A DNA stretch of 64,000 nt from IMG/VR virus record IMGVR_UViG_3300029305_003510, positions 64,001-128,000 of that record; one strand, 5' to 3'. This DNA is from a virus (lineage: Duplodnaviria; Caudoviricetes). Shown one piece after another: positions 10,627-20,094 of this stretch (positions are counted from its first letter, which is position 1; each line of letters begins with the position of its first letter). Position numbers and translations under genes: made by a program. The notes beneath the pieces were generated by a model. The model worked only from the letters and a program-made list of their open reading frames with translations, made no database searches and was not told the DNA's origin.

Positions 10627-10808
10627 ACAACTTCCTCCAATTTCCGCAGAATTATATCATCGTCTGTATATGTTTCAGAAAAGAATAAACTCAGAGGTTT
10701 AGCGCATAGGTTCTACTTATAGGTAGATAGAATATGCTTATAGCATAAACATAAAGGTAGAATAAAGAGAAGAAAGTAATATAAAGAAAGAGAAAATAAG
10801 AGATTTAA

Positions 10809-10992
10809 TGTTTTTCGGTGGACAGCTCTTAAAGAGCGCAGTGGAGGTTCTCCGTGGCCTCCTCAAAAGGCCTAAGGAGAATCGCGAAACGAGCAAATAA
10901 ATAACCGGAGCCCACTTAATTTCTTAGTCCACCGAAAAACAAAGCAAGCAAAAAGAATAATACATGTAAACATTGCGTTTACATGTATTATT
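10809..10992. repeat. Nested inverted repeats in a divergent intergenic region
   Basis: TGTTTTTCGGTGGAC / GTCCACCGAAAAACA arms ~100 nt apart, followed by the AATAATACATGTAAAC / GTTTACATGTATTATT palindrome. Confidence 0.75.
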
Positions 10993-11119
10993 CAAATTTT
11001 GAGATAAAATTATTAAAATTTCTAAATAAATCAAAAATTACTATTCGATAATACAGATAACAACTAGATAAATAATCATCTGAATCTATCAGAAATGAAA
11101 GGAGTTATTTGATAATACT

Positions 11120-11686
11120 ATGATTAACATCATAACTTCTAATCCAACAATTATTAAGAATATACAAGACTATACAGATAACTTCATCGTCGTACATTTG
11201 ATGGAATGTACTCTGATTCCGTTATCTGTTCAAACCAGTGGATACAAGTTTAATATCTATCATCAAGATGGAATAGATTTATCAGAATATGAAGAATATA
11301 AAAGTTCTTCTAATCTGAGATTTGAATTTATTCCTGTGCGAGCTATTTCAGAAGCTCTAGACAAAATCATTGAGACTATCGCACGGGAAGAAGAGCAAGC
11401 ACGAACCGAGGCTGAAAAATTCAATGAAAATCAAGAAGAACTGATGATAGCCTCGGTCGTTGACATGAGTTGGAATAAACTCGGGATAAACTACATCAAC
11501 AATAGACTCGCTCAGCATGATTGCGAGTCCTCCTGTCTGAATTTATATCAGTATCTTCGGGTGGGATCTATTCAGAGTCTAGCCGACATACTGAAAGGTC
11601 GGCTCCAAAGTGATTTTGTTTATCCCGAAGATCCTGTTGCATTTAGTTACGCAATCATGCGAGTCCTGAATGGGGTGAGCATGTGA
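11120..11686 (+). CDS. Hypothetical protein
   Basis: 188-aa ORF with AAGGAG RBS. Confidence 0.75.
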   Translation: MINIITSNPTIIKNIQDYTDNFIVVHLMECTLIPLSVQTSGYKFNIYHQDGIDLSEYEEYKSSSNLRFEFIPVRAISEALDKIIETIAREEEQARTEAEKFNENQEELMIASVVDMSWNKLGINYINNRLAQHDCESSCLNLYQYLRVGSIQSLADILKGRLQSDFVYPEDPVAFSYAIMRVLNGVSM

Positions 11687-12420
11687 GAATACCACATATC
11701 AATAAACTACGACTCGAATCAATAGATAAAGCACCTTCGGCCGAGATTGAAGTTGCTATTGAACCAAGTGTATACCTCGACGATCTCGGCCTCTTTGAAG
11801 ACAAGAAAGAATATATCAAATGGGTTATTCGAATGAAGAAGCTCATACGAGATTCTTTCGAGTATGAAGAGTTGATTTATTTCCTGAAGAGAAAGAGAGG
11901 AATGGATCGATGCGGTGTACATCCAAACCAGACGATATGGGATGGATTCCGCATTGAATTACATCATACACCTTTCTGTTTGGAAGATATTGTACATATC
12001 GTGACAAATAAGAGAAAGCAGCGCGGAGAATCCATGAAGATGGGTGATATCGCCCATGAGATCATGGAATTACATTATCTTGGTCTGGTTGGACTATATC
12101 CACTCTGTATGATTTGTCACTATTTCTGCCACTCGGATGAGGGTGACTCTCTATTTATTCCACTTGAAAATGTTTTCGGTGATCCAGAAAAATTCTATGA
12201 AATGTATAGGCCATATGCCACGGAAGGTATACAGACGAAGTGGAATAACTTGGTTCAGTTGAATAAAGGATATCATCTGATAACAGAAACCATTCCGATC
12301 GAACTTCAGAAGAAATACATTTACGTAAAACCCACAGATAAGAAGGGTAAGAAAGCTGATTTTGAAGTGGTCAGCACTACCAAGTTGGTGGATTTTATCA
12401 ATGAGATCAATAAGAAATAA
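11683..12420 (+). CDS. Hypothetical protein with HNH-like metal-binding motif (paralog of 19131-19775)
   Basis: DRC...IELHHTPF...PLCMICHYFCH. Confidence 0.6.
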   Translation: MRIPHINKLRLESIDKAPSAEIEVAIEPSVYLDDLGLFEDKKEYIKWVIRMKKLIRDSFEYEELIYFLKRKRGMDRCGVHPNQTIWDGFRIELHHTPFCLEDIVHIVTNKRKQRGESMKMGDIAHEIMELHYLGLVGLYPLCMICHYFCHSDEGDSLFIPLENVFGDPEKFYEMYRPYATEGIQTKWNNLVQLNKGYHLITETIPIELQKKYIYVKPTDKKGKKADFEVVSTTKLVDFINEINKK

Positions 12421-12511
12421 AGAATGAGTGAGATGTTAAATCGTCTCACTCATCTTTCTTTTTCGCCTATATACTATAATGATGAAGATTATAGAAGAAA
12501 GGAGGACATGT

Positions 12512-13147
12512 ATGGGCAATTCGCCAGAGTATATTGTCTTCACAGATGCGTCATTGAGACGAAATAAGACAAGATCCTATTGTGCTTTCGGTGTTGTTGT
12601 ATTAAATCTAAAGACACTGGAATACGCCTCATTTGGGGCAGAGTTAGGAAGCCGCACAGTTACGTTTGGAGAGGGCTGGGCGGTGTATCGTGGAATTCAA
12701 GCTGTCTGTAATATCGTTGATAAGAAACGGAAAGATCCCATACAGATTTTAGTGGTGACGGACAGTAAGCTTACAGTGAAAGTTTTAAGTGAGTATATCC
12801 CGTTTGTGTGGGATACAAAAAATTGGGAGAACTGGAAGAAAGTAGATGGTTCTCCAGTAAAGAATCAAGGATTATATCGAAAGATAGTGGCATTGATTAA
12901 TGATCATCCCGAGATCCATCCTCGCATTGCTCATATCAATTCTCATCAGTCAGATAATGATTGGGAGAAGATTCAGAGTAAGTTGAAGAAGTATGGTATC
13001 AATGCTGACCCAAAAACAACACGTGTCTTTATGAATATGAATGATCTGGCAGATTCTATCTGTCAGGGCATCACAAAGAAGATGCGAGATGAAGAAGAGA
13101 AGACCGGTGAATTTATCCGGTTAATACCGAAAGGAGAACTAAAATGA
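12512..13147 (+). CDS. rnhA: Ribonuclease HI
   Basis: FTDAS, GEGWAV, VTDSK, WKKVDGSPVKNQGL, HINSH, NDLAD catalytic pattern; ATG 12512 follows AAGGAGG. Confidence 0.9.
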   Translation: MGNSPEYIVFTDASLRRNKTRSYCAFGVVVLNLKTLEYASFGAELGSRTVTFGEGWAVYRGIQAVCNIVDKKRKDPIQILVVTDSKLTVKVLSEYIPFVWDTKNWENWKKVDGSPVKNQGLYRKIVALINDHPEIHPRIAHINSHQSDNDWEKIQSKLKKYGINADPKTTRVFMNMNDLADSICQGITKKMRDEEEKTGEFIRLIPKGELK

Positions 13148-13533
13148 GAATGTTATTGGTAGGCCAAGCTAAAGATAGTAATGACATCGTCTATGGTGTA
13201 TCTCTTAACGGAAAAACTCTTGTAGAAATACTCGGAACATCACAAGGACCAATCACTCCTGCTGAATTAGTTCGGATCTGCAAAGAAAATGATTGTAAGA
13301 TTACAGCCGAACAGTATTTCACATATGCGAGCCTATTTATTAGGGTTATGACCGCACATCAATATGTATCATGGACAAGAGAGTCTATGAATGGTATTAT
13401 TGCAATGATGCAAGATGAGGATTGTGAGGGTATGTTGGATGAGTTTTTCAATTCTGACAACTATCCTCTCATGGAAGATCTTATGGGAGTCTTTGCTGAT
13501 ACTGACACATATCAGATTGTCCCGAAGGATTAA
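13144..13533 (+). CDS. Hypothetical protein
   Basis: 129-aa ORF translationally coupled to RNase H. Confidence 0.75.
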   Translation: MRMLLVGQAKDSNDIVYGVSLNGKTLVEILGTSQGPITPAELVRICKENDCKITAEQYFTYASLFIRVMTAHQYVSWTRESMNGIIAMMQDEDCEGMLDEFFNSDNYPLMEDLMGVFADTDTYQIVPKD

Positions 13534-13578
13534 ATCTTCGAGTATAAATTATATAGACAGAGGAGGTGAAGCCCGTGT

Positions 13579-14439
13579 ATGACAGAACCTAAGAGAAGAA
13601 GTTGCGCAAGTAGACTTCATGCATTACAAGATGATTTCGGTTTGTCGGAAAAAGAACTTAAACAAGCCGTACGAGAGGTATCAAGACCTCGTGAAGTAAA
13701 ACTTCCAACCTTCCATGAGAAGGTTTCGAAGAAAGAAAAGATGCGCCGGGAACTTGAAACGCCCGGAAACAAACAGCATAAGTATATGATTGCTTACTGG
13801 TATTTGGAGGAATACCTTGAGCCTGAATATTCCCATGATGTGTATCGTAAGCATCAAGATTTCAAAGATTTGATTCAGTATGCTTATGAACAGGCTATGG
13901 GTGTAATACAGATAGGAACATACATCGTTAATACTGACCTTAATCCTCTTACAGCATTTCCTGATCCGCCGGATGATGAATTGGATATTCCTGAAATTCA
14001 ATGGAATGAGTTTGATGTATATTGTAAGAAGCATCCATTGAAAGGTGGAGCCAAAGATATCTTCAAACGGCGTAAGAGATTTAAGAAATATTTGCATAAG
14101 AGACGTGGTCGTTATTATTCCAAGAAGAGAATGCGAATGTATGATCCCTTGTTCGCAATGACAGTCGTGGACGAGAAAGAAATGCTTAAAAATCTCGAAC
14201 GCATAACCCGTGAAAATGAACTTCGTGTGAAAAAGTTCCATGAGATGTTGGATTCTCTTGTATCTGATAGATCGATTGGAGCAGAAGCCATGAAGAAGTT
14301 CGATAAGCAAACTAAAGATATTATGTCCCAGCATCGAAAACGATTGAACTCATTCATGAAACAAATTGGACAGAAACCTACACCAGTGACGTTCGATTTT
14401 GATGATGAGCCCTCAATTACCTATGATGGTTGGGATTGA
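13579..14439 (+). CDS. Hypothetical charged protein
   Basis: 286-aa ORF with AGGAGGTG RBS; K/R-rich central segment. Confidence 0.8.
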   Translation: MTEPKRRSCASRLHALQDDFGLSEKELKQAVREVSRPREVKLPTFHEKVSKKEKMRRELETPGNKQHKYMIAYWYLEEYLEPEYSHDVYRKHQDFKDLIQYAYEQAMGVIQIGTYIVNTDLNPLTAFPDPPDDELDIPEIQWNEFDVYCKKHPLKGGAKDIFKRRKRFKKYLHKRRGRYYSKKRMRMYDPLFAMTVVDEKEMLKNLERITRENELRVKKFHEMLDSLVSDRSIGAEAMKKFDKQTKDIMSQHRKRLNSFMKQIGQKPTPVTFDFDDEPSITYDGWD

Positions 14440-14456
14440 TGAGGGGTGAATAATAA

Positions 14457-14729
14457 ATGAAGATGGTATATGAGCCAGGAGAGAAAGAGCAATTTTCTAA
14501 TATGAAGAGTTACTTGTTCAATGAATCTCTTTCTGAGCGGATTTATAGCTTAGATTTTAAAGTAACGAATCCAGCTTTAGCCGAGTATATTCTGATAGCT
14601 ATGATGAATGGAAAATTGTCAGAAGTTGATATAGGTATTGATATACAGAGCATCAATATCATGTCACTGGCTGAGACAAAGATCCTGAAAGAAAAGCTTC
14701 ATCAAATGATTGAAGATCTTATGCCTTAG
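14457..14729 (+). CDS. Hypothetical protein
   Basis: 90-aa ORF with RBS. Confidence 0.7.
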   Translation: MKMVYEPGEKEQFSNMKSYLFNESLSERIYSLDFKVTNPALAEYILIAMMNGKLSEVDIGIDIQSINIMSLAETKILKEKLHQMIEDLMP

Positions 14730-14789
14730 ACGGATCTCAGTTTTGTGTATATATTATAATAGGGATAAAAGACAAAGTGAGGTCATTCT

Positions 14790-16502
14790 ATGGCTAAGAA
14801 AAATAAGATCAAAAAAGATTCAAGTAACAAGAATAGTAAGAACGAATCCAAGCTCTCTAAGAAACGATTGCTCAGTAGCGAATACGAGCAGTATAAGCGG
14901 ATTGGAGAAATTGACCGTTCCCAAAATTGGTTGGAGTTATTTACTCCAACCGTGGTCCAAGACCTTTTCGAAATCATGCACTCCTGTTCGGATAATCAGC
15001 TCAAATCTGATTATATTCGTAAGGAGTTAGCATATTATGGATTCGAGCCCGTCGGACTCGGAACCAATATTTATACTATGCACAATCCGGCATATCCTGG
15101 AGTAATATTCAAATTTGCTCTGGATGACAATGGTTTGGCAGATAACTTCAATGACACATTACTGCAGGACCTTGTCAATGATTTTCTGGTGAACGAGTGT
15201 GGCGATAAGCCAAGATATACTCGAGTAGTAGCCAGACATCCGTCTGCAATCGTATCTGTACAAGAGCGCAAAGTTGTGGTTGCAGATCAAGATCGTATGG
15301 ACACATTTCGTGGAAGTATCCTTAAAACTCTACAGAAATTGTCCATGAAGTTTATGATCATCGATCTTTCACCATCGTTATATCACCTGAATTATGGTAT
15401 TGACCGTAATGGTGATTGGTGTTTTGTCGATGCGTCAGATCTCTATCCATTAGCAAATATCGATAAAAAGGTTCGATGTAACAAAGCTGTTGGATGGAAT
15501 GATAAGAAGCGCGAGGTGAGACGTTGTGGTGGACGTTTAAGATATAACGAAGACTTCAGCAATATCATCTGTGAAAACTGTGGGACAGAGTTTCTGCCAT
15601 TAGAGATTCGACCCAAAGATAAGGAGGAAAAAGGACGAATGGCAAATAGTATTTGCGATGGTATCTCGATCGAAGAGAGAGAAGAGATGCGCAGAGCCGA
15701 GATGAGAGAAATTCTCGGCGAAACTCCCCAGGATATTGACGATATGGACACCGAAGAGACGGTTGAGGAAACCTCTCGGAATCATATCGAACAGCCTGCG
15801 GCGAAGAATCCTCTGCCCACTAAGCAGAGACCTGCTACAATCTTCGTAACGCCTGCACCTGCTAGCGAAGATGATGACGACGATGGCGTAGAAGCGCCGG
15901 TTGTTCGTGAACCCAGCGAAGAGGTACGTCAAGAGACATCTACATCCTTCTCTGAATATCTGGGACGTAGACCTACTCCCGAGGTATTGGATGAGGATGA
16001 CTATGAAGAAGATCCTCTTGGAAATGATGAGGAAGATGAGCATGTTGTGCTCGCATATGCTCGTGAAGGAACTGAGTTTCCTGATCCTGACATGGAGGAA
16101 GATAATGATTCTGATGAGGACGAAGACGAGTCCGATGATGTAGAGGATGAATCTGATTCCATGGAGCCTGTTGATGAAGAAGATGCGACTGAGGAAGAGC
16201 TGGAACCGGTTGAACCTAAGATCACATACTCTGTCGTCAATTATGATCCCAAACATGCGCTCGGTTCACATATCGGACTGACTGACAGTGGCACTTTCCC
16301 TGGAATCCTGATGCATATCGAAGGTGACTTCGAGGAAGCATTCAAGGAGTACGGTCTCAGTCTGTATGTGAAGATCGGCGACGACTCTACGATTACTCAG
16401 GCAATCAGTGCAGAGGTATTCCGTAAGATCCTGGCTGATGTAGTTCCTGAGATCATTGAAGAACAGGAAGCCTATGAGCGTAGCCGTAAGGCGTATTATT
16501 AA
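14790..16502 (+). CDS. Protein-kinase-like domain, Zn ribbon and acidic low-complexity region
   Basis: VGLGTN (Gly loop), IFKFA (Lys), IIDL...NYG (catalytic loop), FVDA (DFG-like); then C..C/CENC; then a D/E-rich tail. Confidence 0.6.
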   Translation: MAKKNKIKKDSSNKNSKNESKLSKKRLLSSEYEQYKRIGEIDRSQNWLELFTPTVVQDLFEIMHSCSDNQLKSDYIRKELAYYGFEPVGLGTNIYTMHNPAYPGVIFKFALDDNGLADNFNDTLLQDLVNDFLVNECGDKPRYTRVVARHPSAIVSVQERKVVVADQDRMDTFRGSILKTLQKLSMKFMIIDLSPSLYHLNYGIDRNGDWCFVDASDLYPLANIDKKVRCNKAVGWNDKKREVRRCGGRLRYNEDFSNIICENCGTEFLPLEIRPKDKEEKGRMANSICDGISIEEREEMRRAEMREILGETPQDIDDMDTEETVEETSRNHIEQPAAKNPLPTKQRPATIFVTPAPASEDDDDDGVEAPVVREPSEEVRQETSTSFSEYLGRRPTPEVLDEDDYEEDPLGNDEEDEHVVLAYAREGTEFPDPDMEEDNDSDEDEDESDDVEDESDSMEPVDEEDATEEELEPVEPKITYSVVNYDPKHALGSHIGLTDSGTFPGILMHIEGDFEEAFKEYGLSLYVKIGDDSTITQAISAEVFRKILADVVPEIIEEQEAYERSRKAYY

Positions 16503-16599
16503 GTGATTACTGGCTGGAAATTAAATATAACCAGTCATGATCATAGATATCCCCGCAACCCCATACCATTCTGTAAACTAAATTAAGGAGGAATTAATA

Positions 16600-17667
16600 A
16601 TGGTATTCATTCTGAACGAACAGAAGGCCACCAAGATTTTCGAGAACTATCGGAATGTGGCCGCCTTTACCCTGTCCAAGGGCCTGAAGGGTGCAACCAT
16701 CGGTGATCTGGAGGTTTCCTACGAGAAGCTGAATTTCCTGCCCGATGAGGACACTATCAACGCGATCAAGTCCGGCGACATGAAGCTGAAGAAGGTCATC
16801 AAGAAGGCCCTCAAGGCTCTGTATTCTCCCAGCATGGATAATGCGGCTATTGGTCTGGGCATGACTCAGCTGGTCACTATCCTGTCCAATAATCGTAAGG
16901 CTAAGCGCGGTCCCGCTGTTCTGGTCTTCGTGACTGACGAGGAGGATACTGCTCGCAACAAGATCATGACCAAGTATATCACTGCTCTTCTGAATGCTTT
17001 TGGTCTCAATCCCATCACTAAGGGCAAGGTTGTCAATAAGCTGTTCAAGAAGCGCAAGAAGGCTAAGGAGAAGGTCATTGAGTTCTCCAAGAAAAAGGAT
17101 TCCGGCTGCAATCTGTCCCGCAAGGGTGTTGAGCTGAAGCGTATCAATTACGTCTTCTATGAGCTGGAGATGCGTCAGTCTGCTATGACCAATATGGATC
17201 TGCGTGATATGGATAGCAGCGCTGCTGAAGCCTGCACCAAGAGCCTGCTGAAGGTTTATACCGCGGAGAACCTGAAGGAAGTGGACAAGAAGATTGCTAA
17301 GCGTTTGGCCAAGAAGGATAAGACCGCGGTTAAGGCTTATCAGAGCTTGAATGAGATCCTGGTCTCTATGAACGCTGATCTGAAGATGCCCAAGGTCAAG
17401 TTTGGCCAGAAGAAGAAGAAGGGCAAGGCTGTTGGTCCTAAGGTCAATACCAAGAAGTTCAAGAAGTTCTTCACCAAGAAGCGTAATCGCGGCATGCTGC
17501 TGCTGATCTATGCTCACACCCTGGCTGTAATGCTGGGCCTGGAGATTGGTTCCAAGGACTACAACTCCTACATGAAGGGTGTTTGCAACTCCTTCAAGGA
17601 GGGCTTCGGTAAGGAGTTTACCGCAGCTGCGACCGCTTATGCCAAGGGCGAGAACGCTGTCGGTTAA
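16600..17667 (+). CDS. Very lysine-rich hypothetical protein, probably highly expressed
   Basis: 355 aa, AAGGAGG RBS, strongly biased codons (AAG/CTG), followed by a terminator. Confidence 0.85.
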   Translation: MVFILNEQKATKIFENYRNVAAFTLSKGLKGATIGDLEVSYEKLNFLPDEDTINAIKSGDMKLKKVIKKALKALYSPSMDNAAIGLGMTQLVTILSNNRKAKRGPAVLVFVTDEEDTARNKIMTKYITALLNAFGLNPITKGKVVNKLFKKRKKAKEKVIEFSKKKDSGCNLSRKGVELKRINYVFYELEMRQSAMTNMDLRDMDSSAAEACTKSLLKVYTAENLKEVDKKIAKRLAKKDKTAVKAYQSLNEILVSMNADLKMPKVKFGQKKKKGKAVGPKVNTKKFKKFFTKKRNRGMLLLIYAHTLAVMLGLEIGSKDYNSYMKGVCNSFKEGFGKEFTAAATAYAKGENAVG

Positions 17668-17683
17668 TTAAATCCGATTGGCA

Positions 17684-17717
17684 GAAAGAGCGGGGTCTAT
17701 GTGGCCTCGCTCTTTTT
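17684..17717 (+). terminator. Intrinsic terminator
   Basis: AAAGAGCGGGGTC-TATGT-GGCCTCGCTCTTTTTT. Confidence 0.75.
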
Positions 17718-17734
17718 CTATTTCATAGCAGGAG

Positions 17735-18580
17735 GTGAGGACAATAGCCTTCATATATGAAGATCCGAATAGAGATCGACAAGGTTTCTATAAATTGAAA
17801 CGAACCTATAGCGATCTGTATAAGAAAGTAAATTATACAACACCTGTACAGATGGTGCAGAACAGAATCATTGAGTATGATATTAAATCTGCAAATATCA
17901 GCATGCTTCGACAAGCGGGTGTGGTTAAAAGTTCTACATTGGATGAATTAGAGAAACTCCCTAAGAAAGACCGACAAGTATTAATCGGTAAAATGCAGAA
18001 ACTTGACCCGAAACTGAAGAAGGTTATTGCCCGTGGAATCATTCAGGCTAAACATGATTTATTCCAAGCAAATGGAATCCAGGATAGTGAAGTGTTATCT
18101 ATTAAAAATGATGCACTTTTCATCGCTGGAAGGCGTTTGAAATATACAAAGTTTGGTGAGGTTGAGTTTAGGCCTAAGAACACGTATTCTTTCTATATCA
18201 AAATTGAAGGGATTGAGTTCTATTATGATTCTAAAAATGATATAGTTGCTGTTAAAGGTGTGAATGATTCAATAGTTGAACATCCAGATCATCAGGAAGG
18301 TATGATTCGATTCTTTGCAAAAGTTATGAAATTCATGGTATATGATCATCGTGATGCTTTGCGAAGATATCTGATTGAATTTTCTGATGACTATAAGAAC
18401 AAACGCCTTCCGGTACAATACTATCGTGAGTTTGGTAGCGCTAATATTTACCGGACAAATATGGGCATCGCTGAATATAGTTTTAATTTGGTTGCTGCAG
18501 GCGAAGATGATAAAGAGATCATCAATGGTGTGTTCAATTATATGAAGTTTGTACTTCCACTTATACAGACATTTATTTAG
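17735..18580 (+). CDS. Short DNA-polymerase-palm-like protein
   Basis: IIEYDIKSAN resembles polymerase motif A (DxxS); SIKNDAL resembles motif C; only 281 aa, no exonuclease domain. Confidence 0.5.
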   Translation: MRTIAFIYEDPNRDRQGFYKLKRTYSDLYKKVNYTTPVQMVQNRIIEYDIKSANISMLRQAGVVKSSTLDELEKLPKKDRQVLIGKMQKLDPKLKKVIARGIIQAKHDLFQANGIQDSEVLSIKNDALFIAGRRLKYTKFGEVEFRPKNTYSFYIKIEGIEFYYDSKNDIVAVKGVNDSIVEHPDHQEGMIRFFAKVMKFMVYDHRDALRRYLIEFSDDYKNKRLPVQYYREFGSANIYRTNMGIAEYSFNLVAAGEDDKEIINGVFNYMKFVLPLIQTFI

Positions 18581-18596
18581 GAGGTGTAATCGCATT

Positions 18597-19082
18597 ATGA
18601 TCTCTGGATTAGTTCTTGCATACATCTGGGCTGCGGTTATTTTCGTAGTAGGAATTATTCTGATGGTATGTGGCTTTATCTTTATGAAACATGCTCGCAG
18701 GTATAAAAAGATGCAAGAAGAGCTTGTCAAGAAAGTTGAGATTCGAACGAAGAAGGAGTATAATAAGATCGCTTTGATGTCTCCTAAGGATCTCAATACC
18801 TATTTGACACAAACATTTGCTAAGATGCTCGAGGTTGAGTCTCAAGCACATATCAGTGAGAAGGATTTTGAAGCCACTACAAAACTCTTTGCATATAGTT
18901 TGGCCGCGCTGGTAGATTTTCTTGGGCCTGAGACGATTGACGCGATTGATTACTATTACGGCAAAGACTACGTGCAGAGATGGGCACAGTATTCGTATCG
19001 CTTGATTGAAGCTCGAAGACTTACTGACAGTGTGGTAAATAAAGCGATGATGTATGAATCGCTTACTAACCATATGGTATAG
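18597..19082 (+). CDS. Single-pass membrane protein
   Basis: N-terminal hydrophobic helix LVLAYIWAAVIFVVGIILMVCGFIFM; ATG after AGGAGGT. Confidence 0.75.
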   Translation: MISGLVLAYIWAAVIFVVGIILMVCGFIFMKHARRYKKMQEELVKKVEIRTKKEYNKIALMSPKDLNTYLTQTFAKMLEVESQAHISEKDFEATTKLFAYSLAALVDFLGPETIDAIDYYYGKDYVQRWAQYSYRLIEARRLTDSVVNKAMMYESLTNHMV

Positions 19083-19130
19083 TAAAAATAAGAGAGGAGT
19101 GGACCGTCTATGGCCCACTCCTTATTCTTT

Positions 19131-19775
19131 TTATTTGAAACTTTTTAACTGATCGGCAACATCAAACAATCCTTGATCAAGAGATTTACCATCGGCATTT
19201 TTACATTCATCGATATATCGTTGAATATATCGAAAATGTTCGCGCTCCATACCATCACCCCATCTATCGATAAAGCGATCCAGTCTGCCCCATGTGGCTT
19301 TAATATCAATGAAGATTCCCTTATTACTCTTTTTATTATGAGCACCACCAATATGAACCGGTTTAGAGAGCATGACAATCATGATATTATCGGCCTCGTG
19401 TTCAGCCAGTACCAAATCGGCGATCTTAAATGTAGTGATATCTGTATCACCTCTGAGAAGACAAGCACGTAGCACAATATCACAAATATCAAAAAGATTA
19501 AAAATTGGTCCATGATGCATTTCAATTTTTAGCTTAGGTGCTTCTGTAGGAAGATTTCCCATGATAACGCATTTATCCAGTCCACCTTCTTTAAGCTTAT
19601 GGATGTAATCACTATAGCGGTCATCATCCCGGACCATAGCTTCACAGCCTTTTACATATTTTTCATACCGATCATAATCTTCAAGAAGATCTCTTTTTTC
19701 TGCTTCAAAGGAGATATATTCTTTAGCATTTTTACCGAGGCCATGTATTTTAAGGGGTTCAAATTTAGAAGACAC
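19131..19775 (-). CDS. Hypothetical protein with HNH-like motif (paralog of 11683-12420)
   Basis: DKC...IEMHHGPIFNLFDI...LSKPVH; GTG start after AGGAGG; AACA-N4-TATA at 19806-19817. Confidence 0.7.
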   Translation of the reverse strand: MSSKFEPLKIHGLGKNAKEYISFEAEKRDLLEDYDRYEKYVKGCEAMVRDDDRYSDYIHKLKEGGLDKCVIMGNLPTEAPKLKIEMHHGPIFNLFDICDIVLRACLLRGDTDITTFKIADLVLAEHEADNIMIVMLSKPVHIGGAHNKKSNKGIFIDIKATWGRLDRFIDRWGDGMEREHFRYIQRYIDECKNADGKSLDQGLFDVADQLKSFK

Positions 19776-20094
19776 AAAAGACTCCTCCTTCTTTTGCAAC
19801 ATATTTATAGGGGTGTTGTCGCGTTTTTGAAGGATGACATCTTGTAGTATGACTATATGACCTCTTCACAGATTGTCGGAATGTTACTGGGTGCAGCTAT
19901 GTGCGTTCTGACGCGGCTTTTTGGCATGGACATATATTCTTCTCCGTTTTGTTTCTGCCTGTGTTTTTGTCAGGTGATTTCCAATTCTTTTCTCTTTCCT
20001 TTGTTGAGTGATAACAGGAGTACCTTTAGGGGAGGTACTCCTGTTATTTTCGTATTTATCGATACAGAAAACATCACTATAATCGGTAGAGACC

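Noticed and set aside
16594-17517. Long antisense ORFs (also 1874-2623, 36378-38105, 54472-55257, 59424-59789)
   Set aside because: They mirror codon-biased sense genes that avoid TTA/CTA/TCA, lack an RBS and have implausible composition.
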